This document shows, piece after piece, positions 10,088 through 18,582 of a DNA stretch of 64,000 nt (its first letter is position 1; each line of letters starts with the position of its first letter). The DNA is taken from the NCBI GenBank assembly GCA_039591615.1, contig JBDHDH010000004.1:1825-65824 (forward strand). The letters run 5' to 3'. This DNA comes from Gemmatimonadota bacterium (GTDB lineage Bacteria; Gemmatimonadota; Gemmatimonadetes; Gemmatimonadales; GWC2-71-9). The position numbers and the translations under genes were made by a program. The notes beneath the pieces were generated by a model. It was not told the DNA's origin, ran no database searches, and saw only the letters and a list, made by a program, of their open reading frames with translations.

Positions 10088-11580
10088 TGACTCCCGTTCT
10101 GCAGGGCGAGCCCGCCCGCTCTGTCGGGCACGGCACCGACCGCCGCTTCGAGTTGCGCACGGCTTGAGAGGTAATCGTACACCGCTCGCGCATAATTGAA
10201 CTCGGATTCCCGGAGCGCCACCTCCGCATCCGTAATCTGGAGCTGCGAACCCACCCCCGCATTGTACTCCGCCGATGCGATGTCGAAGCCACGCTGGGCC
10301 TGGTCTACGGCCCTGCGCTGCGCCGCCGCCCGGGCCAGCGCCTCCTGCACAGCCTCCAGCGCCGTGCGCAGCTCGCTCACCGTCTCTTGCGCCGCCCGCT
10401 CACGCCTTGCCTCGTTCTGCCGAACGCGAGCACTCGCTTGGCCCGCCCGTGCGACGCGCGAGAATCCCGTGAAGATCGGCACCTCCACACGCAGTCCGGC
10501 AACGGTTGTGGTGGTCCGTTGGTTCGAGCTACCGAAAAAGTCGAGCCCACCGTTCTCCTGCGCTGTGACATCGTAGCTCGAAAAAACGCTCAGCGTCGGG
10601 AAGAACTCGGCACGCTCGGCTGCGCGACGTGCCTCTTCCAAGGTGATTGTCACATCGATCTGTCTCAGATCAGTGCGCTGGCGAAGCGCCAGCGACGAGA
10701 GCTCGTCGACGCCCTGCTCCATCAACGCAGCCGAACCCACCACCCGGAGCAGAGCCGCGTTGTCGGGGGTGTTGCGATCGGGCGCCGAGAGATCGATCGT
10801 ACTGAGGCTCCCCTCGAGACCGATCCCTCCCTCCGGATCGACCCCCATTTCCACCAGCAGCCGCCGCTTGGCAGCCGCCACGGCGTTCTCGGCCCGCTGC
10901 AGGTTGGGCTCGAGATTCGCGAGCTGCACCTCCAACCGCAGCACGTCGTACTCGCTGGCCAGCCCCGCGCGATTGAGTGCCCGCGTCTCGTCCAGCGTCT
11001 CCCGCACTCGCTCGACGCTTCTCTCCGTGAGCCGAACCTGCTCTTCGGCCAGCAGCGCGTCGAGGTACGCCTGCCGCACCGCCGACACGACCTGTTGCGC
11101 CGTCCCCCGTACTCGCTCGGACTGGAGATCCTGGAACCTGCCCGCCGCGCTCACGCCGATGAATGCCTGGGCCTCGAAAACCGGCTGGTCCAGGCTCAAC
11201 GTTGCGCGCCAGGTGTTGTCGGACCCGAACCGCACCGGAATGAGGTCGTCCGGTGCGGCGTTCGGGTCGAAGATGATCGCCGGTAGGAACGCCTGCTGCA
11301 CTTGGAGATTCCGGGCATAGGAGGCGCTCGCCCGCACGTCGGGCATGACGCTCGCCCAAGCTTCGCGCACCTGCTGACCCGCCTCCTCGAACTGCATCTC
11401 GGCATCTCGTAGCACTCGGCTGTTGTCCAATGCAACCTGGATGCTCTGGGTCAACGAGATCGACTGGGGACGCAGCTCTTGCGCAGCGGCGGGGACGACC
11501 GCCAGTGCGACCAACAGGACTGCCCCGACCGCAGGCCCGCATCGTCGCCCTTGGCGCCGAATCGCCGTTAATCCCATCAT
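10084..11580 (-). CDS. TolC family outer membrane efflux protein
   Basis: OEP repeats (GLASEYDVLRLEVQL; GVGSQLQITDAE); start set at ATG 11580, overlapping the TetR stop (ATGA). Confidence 0.92.
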   Translation of the reverse strand: MMGLTAIRRQGRRCGPAVGAVLLVALAVVPAAAQELRPQSISLTQSIQVALDNSRVLRDAEMQFEEAGQQVREAWASVMPDVRASASYARNLQVQQAFLPAIIFDPNAAPDDLIPVRFGSDNTWRATLSLDQPVFEAQAFIGVSAAGRFQDLQSERVRGTAQQVVSAVRQAYLDALLAEEQVRLTERSVERVRETLDETRALNRAGLASEYDVLRLEVQLANLEPNLQRAENAVAAAKRRLLVEMGVDPEGGIGLEGSLSTIDLSAPDRNTPDNAALLRVVGSAALMEQGVDELSSLALRQRTDLRQIDVTITLEEARRAAERAEFFPTLSVFSSYDVTAQENGGLDFFGSSNQRTTTTVAGLRVEVPIFTGFSRVARAGQASARVRQNEARRERAAQETVSELRTALEAVQEALARAAAQRRAVDQAQRGFDIASAEYNAGVGSQLQITDAEVALRESEFNYARAVYDYLSSRAQLEAAVGAVPDRAGGLALQNGSQ

Positions 11581-12254
11581 ACACGCCCTCCTGAGTCGGT
11601 CCGGGCATCTTCGACCGACCGAGCCCGAATACCGTCGACGATGAACGGACCGAACGCGTCGTAGAGCTCCACCGGTGACATCGGTATGCACTGGCCCTCG
11701 CATAGAGGCTCCGTACAGGAGAGCACCAGCGTCACGAGGCCGTGCACCGAGCTCCACAGGTAGAGAGACATGAGATCCGGGTCGGCTCGCCGGATGGTTC
11801 CGGCCTCCATCGCGTCGACGACGCCCTGCCGGAGAAGGTGATACCCCCCGCCCTCCGGCAAGTCCTGCATCGACCGTTCGTGCTGCGGTTGGATGCTGAA
11901 GATGACCCGGAAATACGCCTGATTCTCCAGGGCGAAGCGGAGATACGCCTCAGCCAACGCCCGGATGCGACGGAGTGACCCTTTGGGGTGCGCTGCCATC
12001 CCGCGCTCGAGATAGTCACCAAACCGCTCAAACCCCATGCGCACCACTCGGTCTACGAGATCCTGCTTTCCCTTGAAGTAGTGATAGATGGCGGTCGCGC
12101 TCACGCCGACCCGCTCCGCCACCATGCGCATCGAGAGGCCCGCGATCCCGCCCTTGGCCAAGAGATCCCGGGCTGCCTCGAGGATCGCGGCTTCGAGTTG
12201 CGCCGAACGCCGTCGCTGCTCCGAATCGGCCGGCGAAGTTGTCGATGATGTCAT
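11577..12254 (-). CDS. TetR/AcrR family regulator (WHG-type C-terminal domain)
   Basis: HTH ILEAARDLL...LSMRMVAERVGVSATAIYHYFKGK; LWSSVHGL motif. Confidence 0.93.
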   Translation of the reverse strand: MTSSTTSPADSEQRRRSAQLEAAILEAARDLLAKGGIAGLSMRMVAERVGVSATAIYHYFKGKQDLVDRVVRMGFERFGDYLERGMAAHPKGSLRRIRALAEAYLRFALENQAYFRVIFSIQPQHERSMQDLPEGGGYHLLRQGVVDAMEAGTIRRADPDLMSLYLWSSVHGLVTLVLSCTEPLCEGQCIPMSPVELYDAFGPFIVDGIRARSVEDARTDSGGRV

Positions 12255-12339
12255 GTACCGATCACTTGTTCATAGTCTGTCTATATAATGACACGCAATG
12301 AAGCACATTGTGGATGATTTGTAGAAATTATTCCATCGG

Positions 12340-12380
12340 TTAACGCTGTTAATATAACGCCGTTAACCTAACACTGTTAA
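12340..12380 (-). promoter_or_regulatory. Three tandem palindromic boxes TAAC-N3-GTTA(A) at 14-bp period overlapping a putative sigma70 promoter; probable TetR operator
   Basis: taacgctgttaa (12341), taacgccgttaa (12355), taacactgttaa (12369); minus strand reads TTAACA-N18-TATATT. Confidence 0.75.
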
Positions 12381-12429
12381 CATACGGATGGAAGGGGGTG
12401 GAGGTTTCAGCAGCCCGACCGCGATGGTC

Positions 12430-13470
12430 TCAGTGCCAGCGGAAGATCTTGAGCGCCAGGCCGAAGCTCCCGAGCCCCCACGCCACCATGATCCCCAGAA
12501 GCGGCGTGGTGGCTGCGAGTCCCGTCCCGTCCAGCATGACGCCGCGAAGGGCGTCGTTGAGAGCGGTGAGCGGCAAGGCCACGAGGAACGGCTGCATGAC
12601 GTCGGGGAAGTTCGAATAGGCGAAGAACACGCCCGAACAAATCCACATCGGCACCATCACCACGTTCAGGAGGCCCGAAACACCTTCCACCGTCTTCGAC
12701 CGGCTGGCTACCAGCAGGCCGAGCCCGGCGAATGCGAGCGCGCCCAGCACCACGATCGCCGTGATGGCAAGGACCGATCCTCGGACAGGGACGCCGAAGA
12801 TGAGAACACCGAAGACGAGCAACAACCCAACCTCCGCCCCGAGGAAGACCAAACGGCTCAACATGAAGGCGACGAGGAACTGACTCCGGCTCATGGGAGA
12901 GGCGAGCAATCGCTTCAGGAGCCGCTCCTTCCTCGTCTTCACGATGCCGAATCCCACCCCCCACATGCCCGTCCCCATGATGCCCATACCCAGCAACCCT
13001 GGAAGTAGGAAGTCGATGTAGCGCGCTCCTGGTTCGGTCACCCGCACCTCCTGAATGGTGCGCACGTCCTGGCGACCGCTGGCGCGCTGGATGGCCCGAT
13101 CCGTGACCAGTCTGGCCACCAGACTCTCCTCGCGGGTCGAGTCGTATTGAAAGACCAGAGGGGTCCCGGGGTGAACGACGAGGGATACCCGACCGGTTCG
13201 CAACTGGCGATAGGCTTCCGCGGAATCCAGCAGCACGGGATCGAGGCCGGGGGCGGCCTCCAACGTCGCGACGATCTCCTCGGCCTCCGGACCCGCCCGG
13301 ACGGCGACGTGCGCCGTGGGCATGCCACGACTCTTGAACGCCAAGCCGAGGGCCAGCGCCAAGAGAATCGGGAAGGCGAAGATCCAGAACATCGCCTCGG
13401 GCTCCCGCGTGAATTCCCGGATCCGCCACAAGGTCAGTTGATAGAGGGGGCTGCGCCCTGGGTCACTCAT
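12430..13470 (-). CDS. ABC-2 type exporter permease
   Basis: REPEAMFWIFAFP, YIDFLLPGLLGM, LKRLLASP; multiple TM segments; coupled to ATPase. Confidence 0.9.
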   Translation of the reverse strand: MSDPGRSPLYQLTLWRIREFTREPEAMFWIFAFPILLALALGLAFKSRGMPTAHVAVRAGPEAEEIVATLEAAPGLDPVLLDSAEAYRQLRTGRVSLVVHPGTPLVFQYDSTREESLVARLVTDRAIQRASGRQDVRTIQEVRVTEPGARYIDFLLPGLLGMGIMGTGMWGVGFGIVKTRKERLLKRLLASPMSRSQFLVAFMLSRLVFLGAEVGLLLVFGVLIFGVPVRGSVLAITAIVVLGALAFAGLGLLVASRSKTVEGVSGLLNVVMVPMWICSGVFFAYSNFPDVMQPFLVALPLTALNDALRGVMLDGTGLAATTPLLGIMVAWGLGSFGLALKIFRWH

Positions 13471-14392
13471 CCCTCAGGTGCCTCCCCGTGAGGGCAAGGA
13501 ACACGTCCTCCAGTGTCGCGTGGTGCGTGACGAGCTCACTGAGCATGCCACCCCGAGCGTTCAGCAGCGCCATCAACGCGGGCACGGTCTCGTGGACGCG
13601 GTTGACCGTGAGACGCGTCTTCCCGTCGCCGTTGGCTATGCCCTCGACCCCCGGAAGCGCCTCGAGGGATTGGTCGTCGATCGTGACCCCATCGGCCACG
13701 GCGAACTCGACGACATGCTGTGCCCCCAGGGAATCGATGAGCTCGCTGGGGGTCCCCAAAGCGATGATCCGGCCATGATCGATCACCGCCACTCGATGGC
13801 ACAGGCGTTGGGCCTCTTCCATGTAGTGCGTGGTCAGCAAGACGGTCCCACCGTGGCGCCGGAAGTCCTCGATGATATCCCATAGCTGGCGACGGGACTG
13901 GGGATCCAGTCCGGTGGTAGGCTCGTCGAGGAACAGGATGTCAGGCGTGCACACCAGGGCGCAAGCAACCGCCAGCCGCTGCCGCTGACCGCCCGAGAGC
14001 TTGCTGACCCAGGCCCGTTGCTTCTCCCGGAGCTGGACCATCTCCAGCACCTCGTCCAGGGTCGTTCCGTGGCGATAGAAGCTGCGGAAGAGCGTGATCA
14101 CCTCTTCCACGGTGAGCTTGTCTGGAAGCCGCGTCTCCTGGAGTTGCGTGCCCATGCGCTGTCGAAGCTCTCGAGCGTGCGTGCGCCACGGGAGGCCGAG
14201 GACCTCCACCGAGCCGGCATCGGGCTCAATGAGTCCCTGGATGATCTCGATGGTCGTGGTCTTCCCGGCACCATTCGGTCCCAGCATCCCGAAGCACTCT
14301 CCGCGCTGTACCTCGAGATCCAGCCCGTCGACCGCGGTGACGTCGCCGTAGCGCTTGAGCAGTCCTCGACAGGAGATGGCGGCGGTGCTCAT
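13463..14392 (-). CDS. ABC transporter ATP-binding protein (drug-exporter type)
   Basis: Walker A GPNGAGKTT, LSGGQRQR, LFLDEPTTGLDP, TTHYMEEA. Confidence 0.95.
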   Translation of the reverse strand: MSTAAISCRGLLKRYGDVTAVDGLDLEVQRGECFGMLGPNGAGKTTTIEIIQGLIEPDAGSVEVLGLPWRTHARELRQRMGTQLQETRLPDKLTVEEVITLFRSFYRHGTTLDEVLEMVQLREKQRAWVSKLSGGQRQRLAVACALVCTPDILFLDEPTTGLDPQSRRQLWDIIEDFRRHGGTVLLTTHYMEEAQRLCHRVAVIDHGRIIALGTPSELIDSLGAQHVVEFAVADGVTIDDQSLEALPGVEGIANGDGKTRLTVNRVHETVPALMALLNARGGMLSELVTHHATLEDVFLALTGRHLRDE

Positions 14393-14409
14393 ACGATAGA
14401 ATCAAGGGA

Positions 14410-15846
14410 GTGACTGGCCCGGAAGCAACCTCCTCCCTCCGTTGGTGGCGTCGACGCTTCGCTGCGGTGAGTTTCCTGGGCATGTATGTCACCGTCTCGG
14501 CGCTCGGCGTCGCGCTCGCCTGGACCCTTCTGCTTCTCCAAGTGGAACCGGTGCCCACCTGGTTCTACGTCTTCGTGTGGTATCCGACGCTCACGCTTGC
14601 CGACGGCGTATCCAGCCGGATTCGAGGGGACCCTCCACTGCTGAGTCACCCGGGGCTCGTCGCGTCGCTGTTTCTCTGGTCCCCTGTGGTGTGGCTCCTC
14701 TTCGAAGCCATCAATTTCCGCATCGCAAACTGGTACTACGTATTCCTTCCGGCCCCCTTGGCGGAGCGCTGGACGGGCATCCTGTTGTCGTTCGCCACCG
14801 TCGTGCCCGCGGTGATCCTGGCAGAACGAATGCTGCACGCGTTGGGGTCCGGGCGACGCTGGCGCATCCGGCCGATTCGGACACGTTCCTGGGAGCTGCA
14901 CGCGGCACTGCTCATCGGGTTGGCATCGCTCGCCCTCGCCCTCGCACGCCCACAGCTGTTCTTTCCCCTCGTTTGGGGGGCAGTGTGGCTCCTCGCCGAT
15001 CCCTACGTCGCCCGCCATCGGGCTGAATGGTCGCTCCTTCGTGACCTGGAGAAAGGTGAGGTCGGCCGCATCGTGAGACTGATGCTGGGCGGGCTGGCCA
15101 TCGGCCTGCTCTGGGAGTCGTACAATGCGTGGGCGCGGGGGAAGTGGATCTACACGGTGCCGTGGCTCGAGGAACTCAAGCTCTTCGAGATGCCTCCGTT
15201 CGGGTTTCTTGGGTTCCCGTTCTTCGCGCTGGAAGCCTGGAGCCTCTATCACGCGCTGTGCGTTGTCGGGGTCGCGGTACCAGTAGGGCAGGCCGACTGG
15301 CGGGGCCCCGGATCAGCGGATGGATCGAGTCGGACGGCGGATCGTCAGATCGCCACCCCGCGACGTGCCCTTCGACCAATCCGGTCCCTCGCCGCCGGCA
15401 CGCTCGCGTTGGCATTCTCCATCGCAACATTGCTGGGCATGGAGCGATGGACCATCAGTTCGGTGGTACCGACGCTGGCCGAGGTCCCCGGAATTACCCT
15501 CGACCAGGTGCGGAAACTGCGCGCAGCCGGCTTCGGATCGGCTTTCGACCTCGGTCGATCACAGACGACATTTGGGCGTCGCTCGGGCATTCCGTCCGAC
15601 GTGGCCCGAGACCTTCAGGAGAGCGCTCGACTGATCACGCTCCGAGGCATCGGCGCGGAGCACGGACGGCGTCTCGCCACGTTCGGCATTCGTACCGTCT
15701 GTCAGCTGCGCGATCGCGATCCCACAGCGCTATGGACGATGTTTCACGATCGAACGGCTGTCGCGCGGTCGACGGGACCGCCGATTCGACCCACTCCCGC
15801 CGAGGTGCGGGTTTGGGTGCGAGCCGCGCAGCGGCACTGCCCTTAG
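14410..15846 (+). CDS. Multi-TM membrane protein with C-terminal helix-hairpin-helix (DUF4332-like) domain
   Basis: Duplicated FE..N...NWYY / WE..N...KWIY membrane motifs, LFEMPPFGFLGFP; C-terminal LAEVPGI, LRGIGAEHG..L...GI.TV. Confidence 0.7.
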   Translation: MTGPEATSSLRWWRRRFAAVSFLGMYVTVSALGVALAWTLLLLQVEPVPTWFYVFVWYPTLTLADGVSSRIRGDPPLLSHPGLVASLFLWSPVVWLLFEAINFRIANWYYVFLPAPLAERWTGILLSFATVVPAVILAERMLHALGSGRRWRIRPIRTRSWELHAALLIGLASLALALARPQLFFPLVWGAVWLLADPYVARHRAEWSLLRDLEKGEVGRIVRLMLGGLAIGLLWESYNAWARGKWIYTVPWLEELKLFEMPPFGFLGFPFFALEAWSLYHALCVVGVAVPVGQADWRGPGSADGSSRTADRQIATPRRALRPIRSLAAGTLALAFSIATLLGMERWTISSVVPTLAEVPGITLDQVRKLRAAGFGSAFDLGRSQTTFGRRSGIPSDVARDLQESARLITLRGIGAEHGRRLATFGIRTVCQLRDRDPTALWTMFHDRTAVARSTGPPIRPTPAEVRVWVRAAQRHCP

Positions 15847-15856
15847 CTTTGGTCTG

Positions 15857-16711
15857 ATGATCTCGACCCTTCTGAAAGTGCTCGCGGCGCTGCTGGTAGC
15901 CTACGCGGTGGTCGTGCTCCTGGCCTGGCAGTTTCAGGAGCGATTGGCCTTTCCAGGTCCCAACGCTCCGGTTCCCGATCCGGTGGCCCGTGGAATACCG
16001 GACGGCCGCGTCGTCACCACCGTTACGGCCGACGGAGTGCGCCTTCATGGCTGGTATCTCCCACCCGCGCCGGCGCCACCAGCGGGAGTCACCGCACCAG
16101 GCGTGATCTGGTTCTACGGCAACATGGAAACGGTGAGCGACCTCGCCCCGGTCCTGCGCACATTCCGACCACCGAGCACTGGTGTCCTCGTCTTCGACTA
16201 CCGGGGCTACGGCCAAAGCGGAGGAAGACCCACCGAACTCGGTTTGTACTCCGATGCCGAGGCGGCATGGACGTTCCTTACTCAGCGTCCGGAGATCGAC
16301 AGCACCCGTATCGCCGTCTACGGCCGCTCCCTCGGCAGCGCCGTGGCGCTGTATCTGGCGACCAGCCGTAGCGTCGCAGCGGTCGTGCTGGACTCGCCAT
16401 TCTCCAATGCCCGGGAAATGGCGGATCAGCACTACGCCATCGTCCCGACCACACTTCTCCATCTGCGCCTCGACAACGTGGAGCGGGCAAGCCAGGTCGA
16501 GGCACCGCTCTTGGTGGTTCACGGGTCCGAAGACCGAATAGCGCCGTTGCAGATGGGACGGGCGGTTGCTGACACGGCTCCCGACGGATCGCTCTTTGTC
16601 CTGGATGGAGCGGGACACAACGACACCTACACGTTCGGGAGCGAGAGCTATCGGAACGAGTTCCACGCCTTTCTGGCCAAACATCTCGCGGATCGCGGCG
16701 GTCGCAACTAG
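15857..16711 (+). CDS. Alpha/beta hydrolase (ABHD13/YfhR-like) with N-terminal anchor
   Basis: DYRGYGQS, nucleophile GRSLG, HGSED, GAGHND. Confidence 0.9.
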   Translation: MISTLLKVLAALLVAYAVVVLLAWQFQERLAFPGPNAPVPDPVARGIPDGRVVTTVTADGVRLHGWYLPPAPAPPAGVTAPGVIWFYGNMETVSDLAPVLRTFRPPSTGVLVFDYRGYGQSGGRPTELGLYSDAEAAWTFLTQRPEIDSTRIAVYGRSLGSAVALYLATSRSVAAVVLDSPFSNAREMADQHYAIVPTTLLHLRLDNVERASQVEAPLLVVHGSEDRIAPLQMGRAVADTAPDGSLFVLDGAGHNDTYTFGSESYRNEFHAFLAKHLADRGGRN

Positions 16712-16871
16712 GTTGTTCCCTGCTCTGCGTCCCATCAGCGGTTGCGGACATGCGTCGCGCTCACCGATCCGCGCTCGCGCGAGAACGCCGACATCGTCGG
16801 CGCCAAACATGTTGTGTTACCCGCCACCTTGGCAAAAGCGGAAACGGAAAACGACTGACTGTGAGGTAACG

Positions 16872-18551
16872 ATGACTCGTGCACTCGTCCTGCTCCCCAC
16901 GCTGCTCGCGAGCACGCTCCTCGCGCAGGAACGCGCAGCCGATCTGATCGTCACCAATGCGCGGATCTACACCGCCGACGAGACACGTCCCGTGGCGGAA
17001 GCTCTTGCCGTGCGCGACGGTCGGGTCGTTTTCGTCGGGGGTAATCGCGGGGCGCTTACCTACCGGGGGCAGCGCAGCAACCAGGTGGACCTCGCCGGCC
17101 AGATCGTGATCCCCGGCATGATCGACGCGCATGTTCACCTCGTGGGACTCGGCACCGCGTTGCGCACCGTCGATCTCGTCGGCACGCGATCGTATGAGGA
17201 GGTCATTCGGCGCGTGGTCGAACGGGCAGGCACGGTCCCGCCCGGCGAATGGGTTCGCGGCCGCGGGTGGGATCAGAACGACTGGCCCGACACGCGATTC
17301 CCGACGCACGAGGAACTCTCCGGCGCGGTCCCAGATCATCCGGTATACCTGACGCGTGTCGATGGGCACGCTGCCCTCGTCAATGCCGAAGCGATGAAAC
17401 TCGCCGGAGTGGACGCCAGCACCTCGGATCCCGACGGTGGGCGTCTCCTCCGCGATGCGGAAGGGCGTCCCACCGGCGTGCTCATCGATCGCGCGCAGGG
17501 TGCCGTCGCCCGCGTAATCCCCCTGCCGTCGCGGAGCGAGGTTCGCGAGGCCATTCTCGCGGCGGTTCAGGAAGTCAATCGCTGGGGTCTTACTGGGGTG
17601 CACGACGCCGGTGTAGGGACTGAGATGCTCGACCAGTACGAGGAACTGGCGCGCGAAGGCCGGTATAACCTCCGCAATTACGTCATGACCTCATCTGATG
17701 ACGCGACGCTGGAGCGCTATTTCGAGCGCGGCCCACAAGCCGGACTGTACGATGGACGTCTGTGGATTCAAGCGATCAAGATCAGCTCAGATGGCGCGCT
17801 GGGAAGCAGAGGAGCCGCGCTCCTCGAGCCCTATGCCGACGACCCGGGCAACGTGGGCCTCATCACTACGCCCTACGAACGTGTACGGGAGGTGGCGATC
17901 CGGGCATTACGCAACGGATTTCAGCTCAACGTCCACGCCATCGGCGATCGCGCGAATCGTATGGTCCTCGATGCCTTTGAATCCGCCTTGGAGGAGGTCC
18001 CAACGCCCGATCACCGCTTTCGGATCGAGCATGCCCAGGTCATTCACTACCAAGACATCCCGCGCTTCGCTGAACTGGACGTGATTCCGTCGATGCAGGG
18101 GAGCCACCAGACCAGTGACATGTACTGGGCCATGGACCGCCTTGGCTGGACCCGCGTGCAAGGCGCCTACGCGTGGCGATCTCTCTTGAACACCGGTGTG
18201 GTGATCCCCAACGGATCCGATTTCCCCGTGGAGTCGCCCAATCCGCTGATCTCGTTCAAGGCGTTCGTGACCCGACAGGATGAGCACAACTGGCCCGCCG
18301 GTGGCTGGTTTCCGGCCGAGCGCACCACCCGCGACGAAGCACTCAAGAGCATGACGCTGTGGCCCGCATATGCTGCGTTCATGGAGGATGTGGCGGGGTC
18401 ACTATCGCCGGGAAAGTTTGCAGACTTCGTGGTGCTGGATCAGGATATCATGAGGATCGCACCCGAGCGGATCCTCGACACGAAGGTGGTGATGACCGTT
18501 CTGGGTGGAGAAGTCGTTTATCGAAGAGACGCAGGAGACACCACGGAGTGA
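16872..18551 (+). CDS. Secreted amidohydrolase (Amidohydro_3/YtcJ-like)
   Basis: PGMIDAHVH, DGALGSRGA, HAIGDRAN, RIEHAQ, GSDFPVE; start at ATG 16872 after GAGG with signal peptide. Confidence 0.92.
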   Translation: MTRALVLLPTLLASTLLAQERAADLIVTNARIYTADETRPVAEALAVRDGRVVFVGGNRGALTYRGQRSNQVDLAGQIVIPGMIDAHVHLVGLGTALRTVDLVGTRSYEEVIRRVVERAGTVPPGEWVRGRGWDQNDWPDTRFPTHEELSGAVPDHPVYLTRVDGHAALVNAEAMKLAGVDASTSDPDGGRLLRDAEGRPTGVLIDRAQGAVARVIPLPSRSEVREAILAAVQEVNRWGLTGVHDAGVGTEMLDQYEELAREGRYNLRNYVMTSSDDATLERYFERGPQAGLYDGRLWIQAIKISSDGALGSRGAALLEPYADDPGNVGLITTPYERVREVAIRALRNGFQLNVHAIGDRANRMVLDAFESALEEVPTPDHRFRIEHAQVIHYQDIPRFAELDVIPSMQGSHQTSDMYWAMDRLGWTRVQGAYAWRSLLNTGVVIPNGSDFPVESPNPLISFKAFVTRQDEHNWPAGGWFPAERTTRDEALKSMTLWPAYAAFMEDVAGSLSPGKFADFVVLDQDIMRIAPERILDTKVVMTVLGGEVVYRRDAGDTTE

Positions 18552-18582
18552 TTGAACCGCTGGAAGGGCAGACGAGCGCTTC

